Positions 61,401 through 64,000 of a stretch of DNA of 64,000 nucleotides are shown here, piece by piece. The DNA is from a virus (Duplodnaviria > Caudoviricetes), in IMG/VR virus record IMGVR_UViG_3300003320_000620, positions 24,095-88,094 of that record; one strand, 5' to 3'. Each line of letters begins with the position of its first letter. The stretch's first letter is position 1. The position numbers and the translations under genes are program-made. The notes under the pieces are model-generated. The model ran no database searches and was not told the DNA's origin. It worked only from the letters and a program-made list of their open reading frames with translations.

Positions 61401-64000
61401 TTATTTGTTAGGAAACTTGTATTCTTTGTGAGACCAAAGTTTGCACATGAATTCCATTTCAGCCCAGTTGTAGCCAACTGAGACCTCAATTGAGAGAGGG
61501 ACATTGATCCAGTCGTAGTCAAAGGTCAGCATAGCCTTTGAAATGATACGCAGCGAATCACTCAGGGTTTCATCATTGTCTGGGATAAAGAAGCTTAGAT
61601 CATCGTGAATGTTTAGAACGGGGTGCAAATACCATTTCCCGGTATTCTTAGCTATCACAGACAGTTTGTTCATGGCGTTGCATACCAATTCGGCAGCAGT
61701 ACCCTGAATCGGCATATTCACAGCCTGATTCTTGGTTAGAGGGTAGTGGTGGCGCCTGCCGCACATGGTTTCGACATAGCCAATATCGTAATATTGCTTC
61801 ATAGTCTTCTTTTGCCATGAGGCCATCCCTGAAAACGTATCCCAAAATTCATCCATCAAATCATCAACAATGTGCTGTTCTACGTCATAACCAGTAGCAT
61901 TATGCAAATATCCACGCACTGACCCGTTAGAAGCACCAAAAAAGGCCGGGAACACAAGTTTGTTCTTGATTAAGCTTCGGAAGCCTTTCATTACCCCTTT
62001 GTCTTCAAGATTAGCGGTACCACCAATCAGGGCGGGGCACTTCATTGCCGTTTTCTTTGCCCATTCTGCATGGGTATCATAATCCTCCCACAGAGCCTTA
62101 ACCAGATAACCATCCCTAGAGCAAATGGCCCCTGTGCACGCTTCCAACTGGCCATAATCTATGGCTAAAAGTAGGTGCCCAGGTGGTGGTACGATTTGAG
62201 CCCTTAACCAAGCATCCGCCCTCCGAGGGTAGTTCTGCATGTTCGGCGAATCCGAACTAGTGCGACCTGTTTCGGTGAAGGTAGTGTTCAGGTTGGCATG
62301 CAACCTGCCATCTGGATAAATTAAACTACCTTTGCCCAGTTCCAGATCGTCAACATAGGTTGACTTCATCTTTGAGCGGTTGCGCAGCTTCACAATCAAT
62401 TTCGCTAGCGGATGATCTATTTTATCTAGAATATTCTTATCTACTGAAAGCCTGTCATTGCCACTCTTGTCTTTTACCTTGACCTCTGGCCGTTTCAGGT
62501 AATCCTTGAAAAGGGCTAGAACATCTGGCTGAGATGCGGGATTAAAGCCTTTACGGTCAGCAATGAACTTTTTAACTGTTGGATCACTGACTACTTCAAA
62601 GCGTGATTTGACTACCTCAAATCTAAGCTTCTTTTGTGCTGCTTTGCAGGCTTTTTGATCTACTGGAACACCAAAACTCTGCATCAAGGCCACAGTGGGC
62701 TGACGCGGTACTGAATCTAAATAAGCATCAAGCAGCCCGCTGTCTTCAAGAAGCTTGTGTTGGTGGTGAAACAGCCTGAGCGTGTACTTCGTATCAACGG
62801 CGTTGTAGATCAGGACCTCGTTTATGTCAGATTTTGACATATCCTTTTTGTTTAACTTAAACTCAGATTTGAAAGCAATGCCGAAGTACTGCTTAATCAG
62901 GAAGTCCAACGCCTGATAGCGGGAAGCATGAGCTTCGTCATCAAAGCGGTTGCCCTTCCGTTCGTCAATAAAGTGAGCCTGCATCTGAGTGCATTGCCAC
63001 ACTTCGTGGTTGACTACGTTCTCACCAAATTCCTTAATAAACCAGCACAATTCGAAGGGAGTGTTGTGAGCTACTTTGATGGTGTCGTCGGTAAGTAACT
63101 CCTGCAATGAGGACAGAATGGTTGCTAGGTCAGCAGCCCTCCATCGCGCTTGAGGGTGCCTGACAGCAAATGAGAAATTTGTGTTCTCAAAGCTGATGGC
63201 AACAGAAAGCAGCAGCCCGTCTGCTGCCCATGGGGCCAAACCTTTGGTTTCAACATCTACGGCTTTGATTGGCGCCTTCTTTGCTTCGTTCAAAAGCTTA
63301 AGGAGCTTGCCGAGCTCATTAGGATCATTAAAACACTGAACATTTGATCTAATGTCTGATTCGTCATCAATAACAGGGGGCGGCATTGAGCTAGCAAACT
63401 CAAAGGCACGCTTAACATCCATACGAAAGCAGTGCCCAAACATAGAGTTTAGCGGCTTACGCTTATCCCTAGCTGTTCTGAGTATGAACGAGGGGTGGTA
63501 AGTAGACAAAAACCAGCAGCTGTGGTTGCCGATTTTAACTGCTGATAGCCTTCCACGCATACCAGATAGATCACTGGTGCCCATAATGGCTTGCAAAGGA
63601 ACTGCTCCCAAACCAAGGATCAGCTTTGGTTTGGCCTTTTCAATGTGATCTATTTTCCGAGGCCTGCAGCACTCAATTTCTTGAGGTGTAGGGGTTCTGT
63701 TCTCAGGGGGCCGACAATTCACTACGTTGTCAAACGAACAAACTACACCTTCCGGTATGCATTCACGAATCAACCTACCTGAAGGCCCTGTTAAAGGTCT
63801 TCCGGTACGTTGATCCTCATCAGCCCCAGGGGCCTCAGATAGGATATAAACATCTGCCCCAGCAGCTAAGGTAGGGGCCATCTTAGGTGTACAAATGTCA
63901 GCTTTGTCTAGTGGGCAGGCACGGCAACCAAGCCGCCACAATAGGCTTTTGTTTTGCCCCGCTATAGGGCTAGGGTGGTCACTGGTAAGCTTACCAGTGA
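61401..64000 (-). CDS. polA: Family A DNA polymerase with N-terminal family-4 UDG-like domain (5' end beyond window)
   Basis: CRAC, EAPG.DED..G.P..GPSG, NVV.CRP, YHPS (UDG4); DVETKG exo motif, TGR.SS..PN.QN, DYGQLE, N.PIQG, IHDD; frame stays open to 64000. Confidence 0.93.
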   Translation of the reverse strand, partial: TGKLTSDHPSPIAGQNKSLLWRLGCRACPLDKADICTPKMAPTLAAGADVYILSEAPGADEDQRTGRPLTGPSGRLIRECIPEGVVCSFDNVVNCRPPENRTPTPQEIECCRPRKIDHIEKAKPKLILGLGAVPLQAIMGTSDLSGMRGRLSAVKIGNHSCWFLSTYHPSFILRTARDKRKPLNSMFGHCFRMDVKRAFEFASSMPPPVIDDESDIRSNVQCFNDPNELGKLLKLLNEAKKAPIKAVDVETKGLAPWAADGLLLSVAISFENTNFSFAVRHPQARWRAADLATILSSLQELLTDDTIKVAHNTPFELCWFIKEFGENVVNHEVWQCTQMQAHFIDERKGNRFDDEAHASRYQALDFLIKQYFGIAFKSEFKLNKKDMSKSDINEVLIYNAVDTKYTLRLFHHQHKLLEDSGLLDAYLDSVPRQPTVALMQSFGVPVDQKACKAAQKKLRFEVVKSRFEVVSDPTVKKFIADRKGFNPASQPDVLALFKDYLKRPEVKVKDKSGNDRLSVDKNILDKIDHPLAKLIVKLRNRSKMKSTYVDDLELGKGSLIYPDGRLHANLNTTFTETGRTSSDSPNMQNYPRRADAWLRAQIVPPPGHLLLAIDYGQLEACTGAICSRDGYLVKALWEDYDTHAEWAKKTAMKCPALIGGTANLEDKGVMKGFRSLIKNKLVFPAFFGASNGSVRGYLHNATGYDVEQHIVDDLMDEFWDTFSGMASWQKKTMKQYYDIGYVETMCGRRHHYPLTKNQAVNMPIQGTAAELVCNAMNKLSVIAKNTGKWYLHPVLNIHDDLSFFIPDNDETLSDSLRIISKAMLTFDYDWINVPLSIEVSVGYNWAEMEFMCKLWSHKEYKFPNK

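Noticed and set aside
63979-64000. Perfect 22-bp palindrome as a genome end or hairpin telomere
   Set aside because: It lies in the open polA frame (TGKLTS) at the window edge; cannot be judged without flanking sequence
1-64000. Many 60-170-aa opposite-strand or nested ORFs; tRNA, rRNA and integrase genes
   Set aside because: The nested ORFs are shadows of recognisable genes without motifs; no tRNA cloverleaf, rRNA or recombinase motif was seen by eye

Overview
A 64-kb segment of a tailed dsDNA phage genome with P22-like podovirus architecture. The host is probably a soil or aquatic alphaproteobacterium (inference from gene families only). Three blocks are visible. (1) 1-5.6 kb: leftward early genes and a non-coding control region with motif repeats, a perfect parS palindrome and a 1.14-kb stretch almost free of TCC/TCG/TCT/GGA/CGA/AGA. 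(2) 5.7-52.3 kb: a ~46-kb rightward late unit headed by an RfaH/NusG-like factor, an ops/JUMPStart-like element and a cold-shock protein, then tail fibres, terminase, portal (frameshifted), scaffold, capsid, head-tail, ejection and lysis genes. (3) 52.4-64 kb: a leftward replication/recombination module (SbcCD, resolvase, RecA, Dcd, SSB, DnaX, UDG-PolA, the last running off the window). Two systems stand out. The major capsid gene is split into 7 exons by SIX group I introns; splicing reconstructs an exact 343-aa ORF, and two introns carry homing endonucleases, one of them antisense. An apparently complete legionaminic-acid-type nonulosonate pathway plus two Maf-family glycosyltransferases is interleaved with head genes, suggesting virion protein glycosylation. 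No integrase, tRNA, rRNA or CRISPR array was seen. All family assignments are by motif recognition; no database searches were run.
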